Under the pieces are notes generated by a model that made no database searches, was not told the origin of the DNA, and saw only the letters and a program-made list of their open reading frames with translations. Shown one piece after another: positions 63,528 through 64,000 of a DNA stretch of 64,000 nt (positions are counted from its first letter, which is position 1; the number at the start of each line of letters is the position of its first letter). Origin of the DNA: Squalus acanthias (lineage: Eukaryota); NCBI GenBank assembly GCA_030390025.1, contig CM059432.1, forward strand, positions 59,832,001-59,896,000, given 5' to 3'. Both the position numbers and the translations under genes were made by a program.

Positions 63528-63950
63528 TGGCTCAGTGGTAGCACTCTTGTGACTGAGGCAGAAGGTTGTGAGTTCAAGCCCCACTCCAGAAACTCATAGC
63601 ACATAATCTAGGCTGGCACTTCAGTGTAGTACTGAGGGAGCACTGCATTGTTGGAGGTGCTGTCCTCTGGATGAGATGTTAAACCAAGGCCCTCTCAGGT
63701 GGACATATATTCAAAGAAGCACTATTCAAAGAAGAGCAGTGTCCTAGCAAACATTTATCCCTCAACCAACACCAAAAACAGATGATCTGGTCATTTATTT
63801 AATTGCTGTTTGTGGGAGCTTGCTGTGCACAATTTGGCTGCTGCTTTTACTACATTACAACAGTTACTACATTTCAAAAACACTTCATTGGCTGTAAAGC
63901 GCTTTGGGACATCCTGAGGTTGTGAATGGGCTGTATAAATACAAGTTTTT
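63528..63950 (+). mobile_element. tRNA-headed Deu-domain SINE, followed by a partial repeat running to the window end
   Basis: TGGCTCAGTGGTAG A box, GAGTTCAAGCC B box, core and tail as at 50762-51362. Confidence 0.85.
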
Positions 63951-64000
63951 CTTTCTTCTTATTCAAAGAAGAGTTGGGGAGTTCTCCCGAAGTCCTGGCC

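Noticed and set aside
63528..63590. tRNA gene
   Set aside because: A and B boxes run into a SINE body; no complete cloverleaf. The same applies at 50762 and 58671.

Overview
Repeat-dominated vertebrate DNA, most likely from a cartilaginous fish (inferred from shark-type CR1 LINEs, tRNA/Deu-domain SINEs and Penelope-derived repeats). No host protein-coding exon can be supported. The window holds several PIF/Harbinger DNA transposons (DDE transposase plus an intron-containing Myb/SANT gene) and their MITEs, many CR1 copies, SINEs and short Penelope-type repeats with hammerhead-ribozyme cores. The main feature is a decayed, 5'-deleted proviral element at about 26744-38460: gag (MHR and CCHC), protease, RT, tether plus RNase H, integrase with GPF module, a spliced env and a 3' LTR. 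Its Env has a long cysteine-rich post-furin subunit that looks like a paramyxo/pneumovirus F-type fusogen rather than a classical retroviral TM, which suggests a lokiretrovirus-like lineage. All family assignments come from reading motifs by eye; no database searches were run.
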